DNA of 64,000 bases, from the NCBI RefSeq assembly GCF_000315625.1, contig NW_005434648.1:472974-536973 (forward strand), given 5' to 3'. Made by a program: the position numbers and the translations under genes. The notes under the pieces were generated by a model. That model was not told where the DNA came from. It saw only the letters and a program-made list of their open reading frames with translations, and did no database searches. Source of the stretch: Guillardia theta CCMP2712. Taxonomy: Eukaryota; Protista; Cryptophyta. Positions within the stretch are counted from its first letter, which is position 1, and each line of letters begins with the position of its first letter. Positions 39,201-53,258 of the stretch are shown here, one piece after another.

Positions 39201-41307
39201 GGCTCCATCCGCATCTTCAACTTCAGCAACGGCACAGTCATCAACAACTTGACCTGCGACTCCAACGGCCCGCTGCAGACCACGACCATAATCACCAAGG
39301 AAGAGAAGGGCGCCAAGAAGGGCTCGGACAAGCAGGAGAAGTTCCTGCTCGCCAGCGGCTGGAACGGCAGCGTCTATTTCTGGTACTCCAACTCGCCGGA
39401 GGAGGACGTGAAGAACTTTCAGAAGCTGAAGCCGAGGGGGGAGGCGGGAGCAAACGAGGAGGTCAGGTGTATGGCGTTTTACCCGCCATGCACCCTTGTG
39501 ACAGGATACAAGGATGGGCATGTCATTGTGTGGAATACTATCACGTCAGTATCCTCCTTTCCCCCTTCCCCAGCTGCCCTGCTTATCCACCTCCTCCTCC
39601 TCCACCACCACCACCTCCTCCTCCTCCTCCACCAGCTGACCCTCCTGCAGGTACCTCATGGTCATAACTCATCACTTCTCAGCTCGTTCAACTTGCGAGA
39701 TTATCCAGGGACACATCAAGAGGAAGCCGCATGCTCCCAGCTCGGCTAGGGGCTCCTCCTTCGCTGCTCGCACCGGCTCCTCGATCATCAAGGGCATGCT
39801 CGAACCCCTGAGGAACAAGATAGACGCCTCCTCCCCCAGCTCCACCTCGGACTCGCGCCCAGGTACCAGCGAGTCAGCGGCAAACTTCTGGAGCGAGCTG
39901 GACTCGGTGCTGGCTAAGACCAGCCAAGTGCAGCAGCGGAAGGAGGATGGAGGAGCAGAGATCAACGCTGTGGAGTTCCTCTCCTCCCCCGGCTTCGAGG
40001 GCGTCGCCCTGGTGGCGTGCGGGGACGGGATGTGGAGGTTCCTGAGGGGGAGCAAGAAGTTCCTGTGGGGGTACGTGGACGCGAGGAGCCGCGCGTGCGG
40101 GGGGGAGGAGACGTCGCTTGAGTGCTTCTGCACGTCGGAGGATGGTCGGTGGGTGGTGAGCGGGAACTCCAAGGGCTACGTGCAGGTGTGGGAGCTCAAG
40201 GGGAGGGGGGACAGCCTGCTGACCGACCGGTCGGGGAGGAGCGGGAAGTTCGATGCCTACCAGGGGGAGACGCCGCAGAGGATCGAAGGGGTGGAGCTGA
40301 GTGAGCAGCTGGGCCTGCTGTTGGGGTTCAAAGGGCACGAGGTGGGAATCAAGTCAATCTCCTTCCTCCACCACATTGCCCGAGGGAGCGCGACGTGCAA
40401 CGTGCTGCTGACGGTGGGGAAGGAGTTCGACTCGCGGGTGATCATGTGGAGCCTAGCTGGGGAGAAGCTGGCGGAGTTCGGGGGAGGGGCAGCGAGCGAG
40501 GGAGCGGAGACGACCTGGAGCTCGCAGCTGCTGCTGGAGAAGAGCGACCCTGTGCTGCTGCAGGAGAAGGTGCAGGCGTTCAAGCGTCAGCTGGAGGAGC
40601 AACTCTCCTACTCGAAGCTGCTGTACGAGCAGGAGGTGGACGCTGAGAGCTCGGAGCTGACCTCCCACCGGTCGGGGATGAGCGAGATGGAGGGTGAGAG
40701 GAAGGGGAAGTTCCAGGAGGAGAGGCAGGACAGAGGCGCGCAGAAGCAGGTGCAGCTGGTGGGGTCGGACGGGAAGGTGACACCAATCAGCTCGTACAAG
40801 CAGCTGGAGCCTCTGCTGAAGCAGTACAGGGAGCATAAGAGGGTCGCCGACGGCTCCAAGGCCTCTCGCAGCGTCTGCCCCTTCCGTGCGCTGCCGGTGG
40901 CCGGGGAAGGAGGAGCGAGGTCAGACACTCTGAGAAGCATCCCGGAGATGCGAGCGGATCCCTACCGCACGTTCGAGCAGGGGAGGAAGAAGGCAGGAAA
41001 GAGCCTGAGGCTCAAGGGGCGTAGCTACGAGGAGGAGAGCGAGGACGATGGAGCCCCGGCTCGCGAGCTCAGCCGCTCGCTGGCGAAGCTGAGCAATGCA
41101 ATGGACATCATGACAACTGGGGTGCTCGACGCGTTCTCTTCCGGTCTGAGCGCCTCGCACGAGGGCACGAGGATGCGGAGGAAGAAGAGTATGTTCACCA
41201 CTAAGGCAGCAGTACTCCTGCACACCCCCACGCCAACGAAGCTCCCGTCTATCCTCAAGCCCTTCAAGCATGCCGAGGAGGGAGGGGGAGGGAAGTACTT
41301 GGAGTAA
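36224..41307 (+). CDS. EF-hand + WD40-repeat protein (WDR49/WDR64-like architecture)
   Basis: FMKIDANSDGTVSWDEF EF-hand plus degenerate EF pairs; WD repeats GHSMSVKTCAW...MASAGLDRSVILWD, GHKKAIFSL, VTGYKDGHVIVWN, VVSGNSKGYVQVWE. Confidence 0.82.
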
Positions 41308-41357
41308 ACTCCTGCTTCTTCTTGTCTCCAACCTCGTCACCCTCTGCTCATCCGTCC

Positions 41358-44300
41358 TCACACCCGCAGTATGCGAGTCGGTCCTTGTCGGAAGATTTCC
41401 CCATCCTGGCGGGAAGCGAGTCAGAGAGCGAGAGATCTCCTCCTCGCTTACCTCCTCGAGCGACAGCAGCAGGTCAGCTACTCTCTCCACCTCCCCCCTC
41501 CCAACGCCGAAGTGATCGTAAATGGTCGACAGCTCCACTCCGTCCTTCCTGCTGTGGGCGTCAGAGGTTGTCAACTATAGGGAACCTCCATACCTGCTTG
41601 AGATCAACTCGTACAGACTCTCTCTACTAAGAGTCTTCAACTGACTCGTACCCTGCTCTCTCGTCGGGACGGTTCCGCTCATGGCGAGCTCCAGGATCGC
41701 CATCTCCTCAGCCGAGATCTCCTCCACCTTGAAGACGTCAAGCCGCGCACGTGAAGCCTCTCCTTCACTGTACCTCCACTTCCTGACTCGCAGAGACGGG
41801 AGGAGGGCTTCCTTCCAGGTCGTAGACGAAGTTGGGGGCAGAGAGGGAGGAGAGTCCGTCGCTCTTGCAGGGGGAGGTCCAGGAAAGTTCGGACGGCGAC
41901 GTTTTGCACTCCACGATCCCTCCCTCTGACTTGCTTGGGGTGCCTCCCCCGAGACCCATCAGACGCTCTGAGTATACGTTGGCCTGTTGCCACAGGCGGA
42001 TCCAGTCCACTTCCCTCATCTCCTGCCCGTCGTAGAAGGATGCGGCGCAAGCAATCTGCCCGACGACCTTATCTTTTGGCTCGCGCCTCAAGCTGCTGAT
42101 CTCATCGATCTTGCATGACAAGTCTCAGACGAACACAAGAGATTGCTAAACCTCACCGTCATCCCCTTCGAGAACAGATCGAACACGTTCTGCTCTGCAA
42201 ACTCGACGCACATTGACTAGGAAATACTTTCATCAGGGTAAGGAAGGCAATGAAGAGCAGAACCTGAAGGACAGTGTCGAAGACGGAGTTGTCAGCATTC
42301 TCACCCTCCAAGTGAAATTTCGTCGCCGCCCACAGGCACACCAGTCCCCACGTTCCCCTGCAGCAGAGATTGAGATGTGGAGGGTCAAGGCTCTCCCAGC
42401 AAACTCACTTCTCTCTCAGGTGGATGTGAAAAGATTCGAAAACTTCCTGAGTCTTTCCGAATCGAGTCTGAGACTTGAAGAAATTGCAGCGGGACAGCTT
42501 CTCGATCTCCTCTAGGATGGACTCGCTACCTTGACCCCGCGGCTGCGATGATGAGCCGTTTGACAGATGATAGCAGGACTCTTGGTTCCTCACTGGAGTC
42601 TGATTGCTGCTCAAGTCCATGACAGATACTCTCGGGGAGTTATTTACATCAGAAGGATTCTGTACATACGATTTCGGTGTTGGCTTTTTACAAGTGAGGA
42701 TTGGAGAGAGTTGGCGTTGCTTACTCGCAGTGAGGATAGGAGAAGTTTCACGGTGGTTAATTGCTGTCAGGATCGGTGAACCCATACTTGTCCTGGCTGG
42801 AATGCTGCGAACTGACGAAGGCGAAAATTCTGCACTGTGAGAAATTCTTGGATGTGGTGGAGACGGTTGTCGCAAGGGAGGGTACGAGTTTAAACTAGAG
42901 AACTCTCGCTCTCCGGGAGTTTCTACTGAAGCATGTCAGATCGAGTATTACTTTCAGCACGTGGATCATAAATGAATATCTTACCTCGGCTCCTTCCTTT
43001 GATTGAAGTGTGCTCATTCCTTGGTTGTTTGCATGTGACCCATCCATCCAGCTCCAGTGTTACAAAGGGCAAACCACAGTAATACTCGATGTCCTTGAGA
43101 AACCTTGTACCATACTTCTCTAGGAAATTTTGTGAAACTCCTTCAACTTCAGCAAGAGAGTCCAAGTCGGCTGGCCTGTGAATCACCAGCTCAAACAACA
43201 AAGGGTCGGGACAAACTGTAGATGCCGGCAGATGCTGGGCAGAAGCTATCTCTTCACGAGTCTTTCGAAGCAAGACTAGCAGCTGTTCCTCTTCGTGGTT
43301 CAGCCGTCGCCTTCCCTTCCGATCCAACTTAAGGTCATTCAAATCCAACAAACTCCCAGCCCTCTGCGCGATATCTTTCTTACGATTGCCTATCCACTTT
43401 TCCTTGTCTTCCAACTCTTGCATCCCTTTCGAAAGTGTGATAGGAAGGGGCAAGTTTTCATGCGAGTGCAGCCATTCGTAGCCCTTAGCAGAGATTTTTA
43501 CGATCTTGAAGGTTTGCTGTCGTCCATTTGCAACCCCGACCCTTGCATGCTCTTCCAAGAGAGGTTGATCAAGGGAAAGTAGCTGCTGTCCCAGTTGCTT
43601 CCACCAGTCTGCAGACTTGTTCTTTCCTTTTCCAAACCCACTTGTTTTCTTGCACCATTCAGGAACGGCTGCCCCCCTCAAGAAGTTAACATATTTGGCG
43701 ATCCCAAAAGCATTCTTGCAGTCCAAAACAGCTCCGAGGAACTGACGCACTTCAGCGCTCATATCCCGAACTTGAGTTTGGCCATTTTCTTTCCTCAGGC
43801 AGTTGTCGCACTGCCCGCAAGACGAAGCATTTCCTGAGAGCTTCTCCCCAAAGTGCTTCAGCAAGGCGATCCTTCGACAGGAAGTGAGGTAGCAGTACTG
43901 CCTCATCTGCGATATGCCTTGATGGAGCGCGTCACGAGCGATCTCAGAGATCAATTCTCCGCTGCTTCCGCTCTTTTCATAGAAGGATGCCAGCATAAAG
44001 TCTTGGCCGCTGTACAGCAACGTACACCTGGATGGCTCGCCGTCTCGCCCTGCCCTCCCGCTCTGTTGATAATAGCTCTCAATCGTCTTTGGAGCTCCCC
44101 AATGAATAACATGTCGGATATCTGGCTTGTCTATTCCCATGCCGAAGGCAGTCGTTGCTACCACCACATGTAGTTTGTCTTTCAGGAAGAGATCGTGAAT
44201 CTTTGTTCTCTTGCTATCTGTCATGCCAGCATGGTAGAAAGCCACAGAATCTTGTGCAATCCCCAAAGAAACCAACTTGTCTGCGACTTTCTCCGCATCC

Positions 44301-45109
44301 TTCTGAGTCAGCGCATACACGATGGCAGGAACAGGATTGCCCTGCTTGCTTCCATCGATTATTTCCCGAAATACCGAGATTGCCTCCTGCGAATTTCTTT
44401 CATATGCGGAGTAGAACAAGTTGAGTCGGTCAAAGGTCGTTACGACCCGAACCAGACCAGAGGGCTGATCTGACCGGAAGGAGCCCAGGGAAAGGTTGCG
44501 AATGATCTCATCTTGTACCCTTGGGGTAGCCGTCGCCGTCAAGGCCATCACCGGCACATCGGGGACCTCTTCTCTCAACTCATATAGCCTCTGATACTCC
44601 GGTCGGAAGTCATGCCCCCACTCACTCACACAATGAGCCTCATCGATCGCAATCAGCTCAATCCCAACCCTGGCATGCAGGTCTTTCCACCGCGACTTCC
44701 ATCTGCCCAATGCACTCTCGGGTGTGACATAAAACAAGCGGACGCCATGGCTGAAAACACTGTATTCTGAATCAGGTTCGTTGGTTGAGGTTGCAGAGAT
44801 GTTCCTGGCTTTCAAGGATGAAACCTGGTCGTGCATCAAGCTGATCAAGGGGCTGATAACTATCACAATGCCTCTCTTCACGAGTGCGGGTATCTGATAA
44901 CAAAGTGACTTGCCCGACCCAGTTGCCATGACAACCAGCGAATCTTGTCCTGCAATCGCAGCCCTGATGGCTTCTTCCTGGCCATTTCGGAAGTTGCTGT
45001 ATCCGAAGCATCTTTTCAGTACTAATCGTGCTTCTTTCAGGGGGTCTACTTCGTCCTTCAAGGGATCATCTCTGCTCGTTCTCTGGTGTATCCGATTGCT
45101 GGCTGGCAT
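41358..45109 (-). CDS. RecQ-family (WRN-like, no exonuclease) DNA helicase: helicase-RQC-HRDC, SP-rich linker, C-terminal HTH/winged-helix modules
   Basis: FGYSNFRNGQ, MATGSGKSLCYQ, IDEAHCVSEWGHDFRPEY, LTATAT, AFGMGIDKPDIR, YYQQSGRAGRDG, Zn site CRR...CGQCDNC, HRDC. An intron near 42925-42985 splices in frame into the 42405-42875 ORF and further exons, ending DGEIFRQGPTRILRV*. Confidence 0.9.
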
Positions 45110-45972
45110 GATCTCGTCACAGCATCAGCGTGTGCAGTCTTGATCTTGTCATGATGCCTCTCTCCCTCCTCTTCCTCCTCCTTCCAACGTTCCCCGCTCT
45201 CCCGCCATTCCCCTCCCGCCTTCGGATCTTCTTGGTCTGAGTCTGCCTCAGAGTATAAACTGAGGACCACGGCCCCGGCCCGGGCCCACCAACTGACTGA
45301 GTCCATACTATGATGGGCGACCTCTGCCACCTCCCTGGCCTTTCCGGAGTCCACCCTCAAGCATAGGGCCTCACGTGAGAGCCTCGGTAGGGCTGAATCC
45401 TTTACTACGAGGACAACCAGGAGACTCGTTCGAGGAGGCTTGACCGTCCCTGACACTGTCGCACACTGGCCAGGACCAGCTGAATCAGGCTGGCGGATTC
45501 AACATCACTGAGTCACTTCAGAGCGCCGGGACTGAAAGGTTCAACGGTTCAACGGTTCCGAAGTTCCGGGCCAGATCAACCTCCGAGGCTCCGAGGAGGT
45601 CCTGCGACGGGAGTCACGTGAGCTGAGCAGGGTAATTTTGCTTAGCTGGGTCACGGCCGTAGCCTTGTAAGATGCCTCGCTGTAATTTAACTTAACTTTG
45701 AGTAAATGCTGAATCTGGAGGATCGTTGACAGGCGCAAAGCGGCGCTGCCGTCGGATTTAGTTAACATTCATCGAGCTGGATATGTAGTACCGATAAATG
45801 TTTACTCAATGTACTAGCTGGTACTCAGCACAAAGCGCAAACAAGTAGACCTACACACCCACCCTGGGAAAACGATCAAAGTTGATGATGTTGAGGGGGT
45901 GGGGGTTGTTGAGGGACGAGGCCAACAAAAAGTACCAGTGCCTCTGCGTGACCAAGAAAGACACAGAAATCC

Positions 45973-46074
<102 letters not shown>

Positions 46075-46480
46075 GCTCCTCGTGCTCCTCGTGCTCTTCT
46101 CACTCCTCCTCTGAGGCTCCTCCCGCTTCTCTCCTCTCCCCTCCCCTTCTCGCCCTCCTCTCCTCTCCCCTCCCTCCTCTCCTTCCTCTCCTCTCCCTCC
46201 TTCACACCCTGGCCACTGCTCCTCTCCTTTTCATCCTCCTCTCCGTGTTGTCTACTCTTCCTCGTGCTTCCCTCCATTTCATGGTTGTCCGTGCTCTTGC
46301 CGTCTTCATCCTCGACTCATTCCCTCAATCTTCGCTTAACATTCTACCTTCCTGTCCTTATCATCCTCGGACCAACAGCTATTTCCATGTACGATCATAG
46401 ACGTAGACTTGTATCAGAGCACCAGGAGAGAGAAGTGTGTGTGTTGATAGTGTTTCACCAAGAACTTTGTTACCTTCTGA

Positions 46481-47558
<1,078 letters not shown>

Positions 47559-48157
47559 ATCAGACGAGATCGTCTCAGCCACTGATGAACCTGCCAACTA
47601 AGTTGATAGAGCAGTAGCTTACGGCTCATAGTCTCTATTTCCCTTTTAAGTAGCAAGTGTCTTGTAAAGAGATACGGTTCACTGCAAGTTTGATTCTTAT
47701 ATCTTAATACCTTATCTCATATCGAAACTCACCCATGGATCAATCTCTTGTCTCTTTCCTGCACACCTTTCCAGCACCGATGGGATAGTTCACCCTGATC
47801 TCACTCTGAGACATATCTCCAGCAACTAGAGATGAAATAGATTCTGTTCGAGACGAGTCACTACAGCAGTAGGACTATCAATGATTCTCTAAGTGACGTG
47901 TTCGTGCTATGAAGCTCAACAATTGATACAGTTTAGCAAAAATATCAACAACTCGTCCCGAGATTATGTTCAGATTGTTGAAGTCCAGGCCGAGCAAGCA
48001 GTTTATCTTGTGCTAAGACTCTGAAGATTCAAAATCTTTACATTTTTCTCAGCCTACATCCTTGAAATCTTTCCTCTGCACTCTCATGGTGTATGGTGCC
48101 GTCATCGGTACAAGGATGGTTCATATCGTACAAGGAGTAGTCAAGCTCTGCCTCAAC

Positions 48158-50119
48158 TCAGAAGCTTCGTTTAAGCTGCAGACAAGGACCCCAGCAGTAC
48201 CTGAGCACGTGACAGCTGCCAAGGCTTGGATCGTGCTGGAGTGATTTGAAAGTGAAGAGCTTCCAGCCTAAATACCTCAGGTTGACCAGAAGCTCGTCGT
48301 CTGCAGAGACTGAACATCTAATCATCGTGATCATCAAGTCAGACCTTGTCGATCGTAGCTTGATCCAGTCCTCCATAGCATGTTTGGGATCGGGCTTGCT
48401 ATCCGTTATGATAAACAGGTGACTCGTGTTTGTAAAGCCGTCTGACTGAGATCCAAACCTCTGGTTGCTACCCGACAGATCCTCGGGGTCGAAGATGATG
48501 GGATCAACAGAACGATTACACAAACATGTGCACAAACTCTCCGCTTTCCGTGTACGCTCTCCCCCTTCCATGCTGATGATGCAGGCAGGATCGGTGAAAT
48601 GCCTTCGAGGCAGAGAATCGAACATGACATCTGAGAAACTCGAGCACTTGTGAGGAATCTTTCGTTTGTAGAGAGCAATCTTCTCCTCTCGATCTCTTTG
48701 CAAGAACAGCGAGACATTCTTCACCAGACGTCCCAAGACCTCCGGGTGCCGAGCGAACTCCATCAGCCCCCGATACGACGATGCGTTTCCAGCAAGCCCC
48801 TGAAAGCGGCGGAGGATCCTGTCTTGCAAGTGCTCTTCCAAACCTCCAACCTTGAGCTGCCCCCGGCAGTCGATGCACCTGCTGTCCTCGCAGGCCCCAA
48901 CTTGCGGCTCTGGTCTCCCCGGGGCTCGACAGCAACATGGCACCCACTCGTCCCACAGCAGCAGCTTCAGACGAAGTCGGTTCACCGGCCTCGCCCAGCC
49001 ATAGTGCACCATGACCGGAGCGTCCGAGACGAAGAAACTGAGTTTGGCTCTGCTCTCGTAGTAGAAGTTCTCGGCCCTGAGACCTTTAGACTCGTCCAGC
49101 CATCGACCTTTGGCATGGATGGTATTCTCTACTTTGAACACCCTGTCATGCCCGAAGGAAAGATGGCCCAGCCGACGGAACAGCATGCGCCCCTGCCCCT
49201 TGTCCTCGTCCCCTGCACTGAAGGACGAGAGCCATGGTAGAGTCTCCGACACTTGCGATTGAACAAGCTCGTACTGATGCACCCACAGCATGTAGACGTC
49301 AGGAGGAGTCGCGGTCTTGAGCGCGCTGACCAGAGCCGACGCTCCTTGGTCGTAAAACACATCATCGGCATCGACCTTCAACACGTAGTCACAGCGATGT
49401 TTCCTCAGGATCTGCAGAGCAGCGTTCCTGGCTGCAGACACGTCTGTTCCGATGCTCTGCTTGAGGAAAACCAGCTTGCCCGAGGAAATCTCCTCCTTGA
49501 AGAAAGATTCCACGACATGCACAGTCGAATCTTCGGACCCCGTGTCAATCAGAATGTAGAGGTCGACATGCGGGAGCAATGCGGCTACCACAAACGTGAT
49601 CGCGTATTCTTCATTTCTACACAGCGTTACAACTCCAACCTTGACCCCTGTGTTGTAGCGTGCCTGATCCATCCTCTTGAAATGGCAAAGATGAGCGATC
49701 GCATGATAGCTTATCATGTTCATTGTTGTGTTGCTATATTTGATCAGCCGCGTCTTGAGCGTTCTCATCAGGTTCCTCGCCTCCTGCTGTTCAATGTGGC
49801 TTGCCATCGCTCTTTGCAAATCGTCTGCGTTGATCGGCATGTCTGGAAGTTCCTGGGAGTCTACTCCTCGAGCAGGTTCGAGCACAAACAGGCGAGACAG
49901 GTTCTGGCAGAGCATGTCGGGAGCCCTCGACATCCTGAGCTGGGTAACATCGCGAGGAAGACGATCGACCGAGGAGATATGAAACAAGACCAGCTGATTG
50001 ATCAGACCGAAAATGATGATGAGGAAGAAGAAAAGCCGAAACTTTCCGGCAGGAAACCGCATGGAACTCTTCTCTCCTTGCCTGGTCCCTTCCTCTTCTA
50101 CTGCCTCCTCCTCTGCCAT
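48158..50119 (-). CDS. Type II membrane glycosyltransferase family 2 protein, intronless
   Basis: TM segment LFFFLIIIFGLINQLVLF; VTLCRNEE, LIDTGSEDST, SAARNAAL, KVDADD (DxD motif), MVHYGW. Confidence 0.85.
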   Translation of the reverse strand: MAEEEAVEEEGTRQGEKSSMRFPAGKFRLFFFLIIIFGLINQLVLFHISSVDRLPRDVTQLRMSRAPDMLCQNLSRLFVLEPARGVDSQELPDMPINADDLQRAMASHIEQQEARNLMRTLKTRLIKYSNTTMNMISYHAIAHLCHFKRMDQARYNTGVKVGVVTLCRNEEYAITFVVAALLPHVDLYILIDTGSEDSTVHVVESFFKEEISSGKLVFLKQSIGTDVSAARNAALQILRKHRCDYVLKVDADDVFYDQGASALVSALKTATPPDVYMLWVHQYELVQSQVSETLPWLSSFSAGDEDKGQGRMLFRRLGHLSFGHDRVFKVENTIHAKGRWLDESKGLRAENFYYESRAKLSFFVSDAPVMVHYGWARPVNRLRLKLLLWDEWVPCCCRAPGRPEPQVGACEDSRCIDCRGQLKVGGLEEHLQDRILRRFQGLAGNASSYRGLMEFARHPEVLGRLVKNVSLFLQRDREEKIALYKRKIPHKCSSFSDVMFDSLPRRHFTDPACIISMEGGERTRKAESLCTCLCNRSVDPIIFDPEDLSGSNQRFGSQSDGFTNTSHLFIITDSKPDPKHAMEDWIKLRSTRSDLMITMIRCSVSADDELLVNLRYLGWKLFTFKSLQHDPSLGSCHVLRYCWGPCLQLKRSF

Positions 50120-50429
50120 CCCCTTGATCCTCCCCTCCACCTTCGCTCCTCGATGACGCTCGACGCCATCGCTGATAGATCTCAGTAAACCCGAGCATAA
50201 ACTTGCAATAAACAGAAAAACAACAATAAATTCTAGTACGGCCCGATCCGGCCCCAGCCTGACTCAGTCACGGCCCGCGGCACACGGCCGGGTAAGACTC
50301 CCGGACTTGACTCAGTACTAGGACTGTCACGGCTGCAATTCGCCTCAACGGTTGCCACACTGCAAGCAGGCAGACAGGTCCCATGATGGCGGGACGTCTG
50401 AGCTGATTGTTGCCCCCGGGCGAGCGAGA

Positions 50430-51151
50430 ATGGCAGGAGAAGCTCATGAGAAGGCTGAGCGAGTTCGTCGAAAGACCCACCTTCCTCGTGACTCGCCAGG
50501 TGAGGAGAAGCTGGTGAAGGAAGTTTTCTTGACGCTGTTGCCAGGTTTTATCAGGACCCAATGGTTGGAAAACTTCTACGAGACTCTCTACGCCAGCAAC
50601 GAGCCTGGTTTCTACATCCCTTACACCGTCGTGTTCCAGTACCGTAGGATCTATGCAGCTTACTTCTCAGACAGCGACGGTGCTGCTGCTTCATCCTCAA
50701 AGCTTGTTATGTCCGTCCACCTGAGAGTGCTCGTAGGTTGCGTGCAGAAGGTTGACAAGATCGCAGACCTCGGGCCAGAGCAAGTCCTCGAAGGTCTCAA
50801 GGTTAGGATGCTTGTGATGACTGTAGGATTCGAGGATGAAGAGTTGTTGCCAGGACATGCGACATGGAGATCTTGGTGTGAAGCGATCTGACATAGTCTA
50901 CTCGATCCCTTGCCGAGCATATTACATCTACTCCAAGAGAAGTGAAGAGGGCTTTGCGGGAGAGGTGACATTCTTTGTATGTTATCCCGTCCAGTGACTT
51001 GGTGAAATCAGGGCAAAACCAACTTGTCCATAGAATACTTCGATGACTCCGCTGTCACACACTTCCTCACCTATAGGGGCAAGGAGAACAATGGAATACT
51101 TCAGCAAGTTCAGGTGTTGATGGCATAATGTTGATAATCATGATAAGGGAG

Positions 51152-51197
<46 letters not shown>

Positions 51198-53188
51198 ATG
51201 TTCGCTCTGACGTATAGATGAAATGGGGAGTTTGCGTGCCGACGACAATGTTCTTGACATCATGCCAGGAGCTCACCACGCCTAACGTGTCTACGATCCG
51301 AGCGTACTGGACTCCCCACTACTGTCAATTGGAGGTACATCAGAAGCCTTTTGACAGCCAAGAAGTTCTGAAAGGAAGGCCGCAGTCTCGAATCAACGTG
51401 AACAGAGCAGACGCTAGCAACGTTCCCTTGTTTGAACGCGCCGTGACGTTTGAGGGAGAGCTTCACCATTCCTCCAGCTTTCCCATGAGCTCTCGGTCCT
51501 CATGATGGCTCTTGTTTCTCTTTTGACGGTCCCGCAGCGTTGAAAGTCGAGTGCGAGATCTCCTTGATCGAATAGTCTCCAGTGTGCGCAGATGTCTGCC
51601 TAACAACCTGGCGATCAATCTGATGATCCTCAACTTTCGAATCGGTCAGAGCTTGTGTAGCTTCATGCTATCCTCATCACACTTGTGCTCCTGCCAGGCC
51701 CCAACGGAAAAGTTTTCTTTCTGTACTGCAACTCCCTCAAGCTACAGTACAGCGATCATCACGCTACCAGCGACTTGCGCGACATGGACAACATCCGGCC
51801 GCCTTCACCCAAGTACGTCGACAACGATTTCCCTCCTCCAGGACTTCGCGGGTCGAAGAAGCGCTTTGGTAGCGTCGCCCCTTGCTGGCTCTCAGTGACT
51901 TTGAGGCTCAGGGCGTGTGTGTCCGAGCACCAACAACCGTTTAGGCCCGTACGATGACTTCAAAGTGAAGGTTCAAGATATCTTCATCCACTTCCTATGG
52001 CATGGTCCGCGAGAGGCAAGCTAGCAGATCGAAGCTTGAACCCTCAGTAACAAGACTCCACAGGCTTGGAAAAAATTGGGGAGAGACGTTCCTGACATTC
52101 CCTTGGAGAACGGAAGTGATCCGGGTTGCCTCCCCTCCCTCCTTTCCTCCAGTCTTGAAGTCACCAGAGGCGTTTGCAGGAGTGGATGGAACAATTCTCA
52201 GATTCTTCCTGACGATGGATCTGCGTCCTGTTCCCTTCGGACGACCTTTCCTGTGGAGCGCGGAGTTTGACAAAACTTCTGCGAAAGAAGAGAATCCTCG
52301 ATATGTGATCCCCTCTTCCCCGTTCATGTTGCGACAGCTTGACTTGAGTTGGTTCTTCAGTGGTCTACTGCAACGAAAGAGAAACACAAAGAGATTGAGT
52401 CCTACATAGAGAACAAACTTCTTGAAAACCCAAAGCTCAAGGCTGCCTATCGTTACTGGGAAGCTACGATGGTCTGGTTGATCTCACAGGAAGTTGATTT
52501 CGTGTCACAAGAAAACTTCCAGCAGGTAATCTCGGACTTTTGTTCTTCGGACCAGCTTTGATAATCTGCGATCAGGAGAGGATTCGACCATCGTTCTTGA
52601 ACCATGACATTCATGCCAGCACGGCAGCAATGTTGGCCTACAACAGCACGAGAGAAGAGATCCTTGACGGGGAGAGGAAACAACTTCTCAGACCCATCCA
52701 GTGGGAATTTGGTGAGACTGTCTCGCAAAGAAGCATTCAAGTTTCTCACTTGTACTCGCAGCTGAGATTAGAAAGGCAGCAGTGATCAAAGATGACATCA
52801 AGCCTGTCGACAAGAGCAAGGTATCTGACTAACCTCTTCTTCTTACTTAACACGTTGGCGGTAGAAGAAGAGCAGCAGCAAGATGTTCCTCCGACTGCCG
52901 GAGTCTCCGGGCCCACACGAGCACCACGATGACCATCGTCCTGCTGCTGCCAAGACTGCTAGGGATGGCGTCGGTCGATTGCAGACGCAGAGGTCGCAGA
53001 CGTCAGCAGCTCAGTCGACCTTGACCCCGAGGTCGTTCGTGTCCTCTAGGATGACTCGGAACTTCCTCCGTTCGGCGAGGAGAGCGATTTCTTCCAATGG
53101 CGCTGCAAGCAATCAGCTCCCATCGGTTGTGGTCGACAACAAGCTATTAGCTCAGTTGATTGAGCAGACTTCACAGCTGCACACCTAG
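50430..53188 (+). CDS. Multi-exon uncharacterised protein, possibly a degenerate ATP-grasp fold
   Basis: Exons IEYFDDSAVTHFL...ENNGILQQ, STIRAYWTP, ERAVTFEG, LMILNFRIGPNGKVFFLYCNSL; fold call is inference. Confidence 0.6.
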
Positions 53189-53258
53189 CAACCCTTTCTT
53201 GTACCATACAGAGCAGGTTGAGCGACGTTTGTTTACTGATGTGACATATCCGTTAAAT

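Noticed and set aside
49253-50188. 311-aa plus-strand ORF (similarly 4974-5687 and 23959-24723)
   Set aside because: Antisense shadows of real GC-rich minus-strand genes
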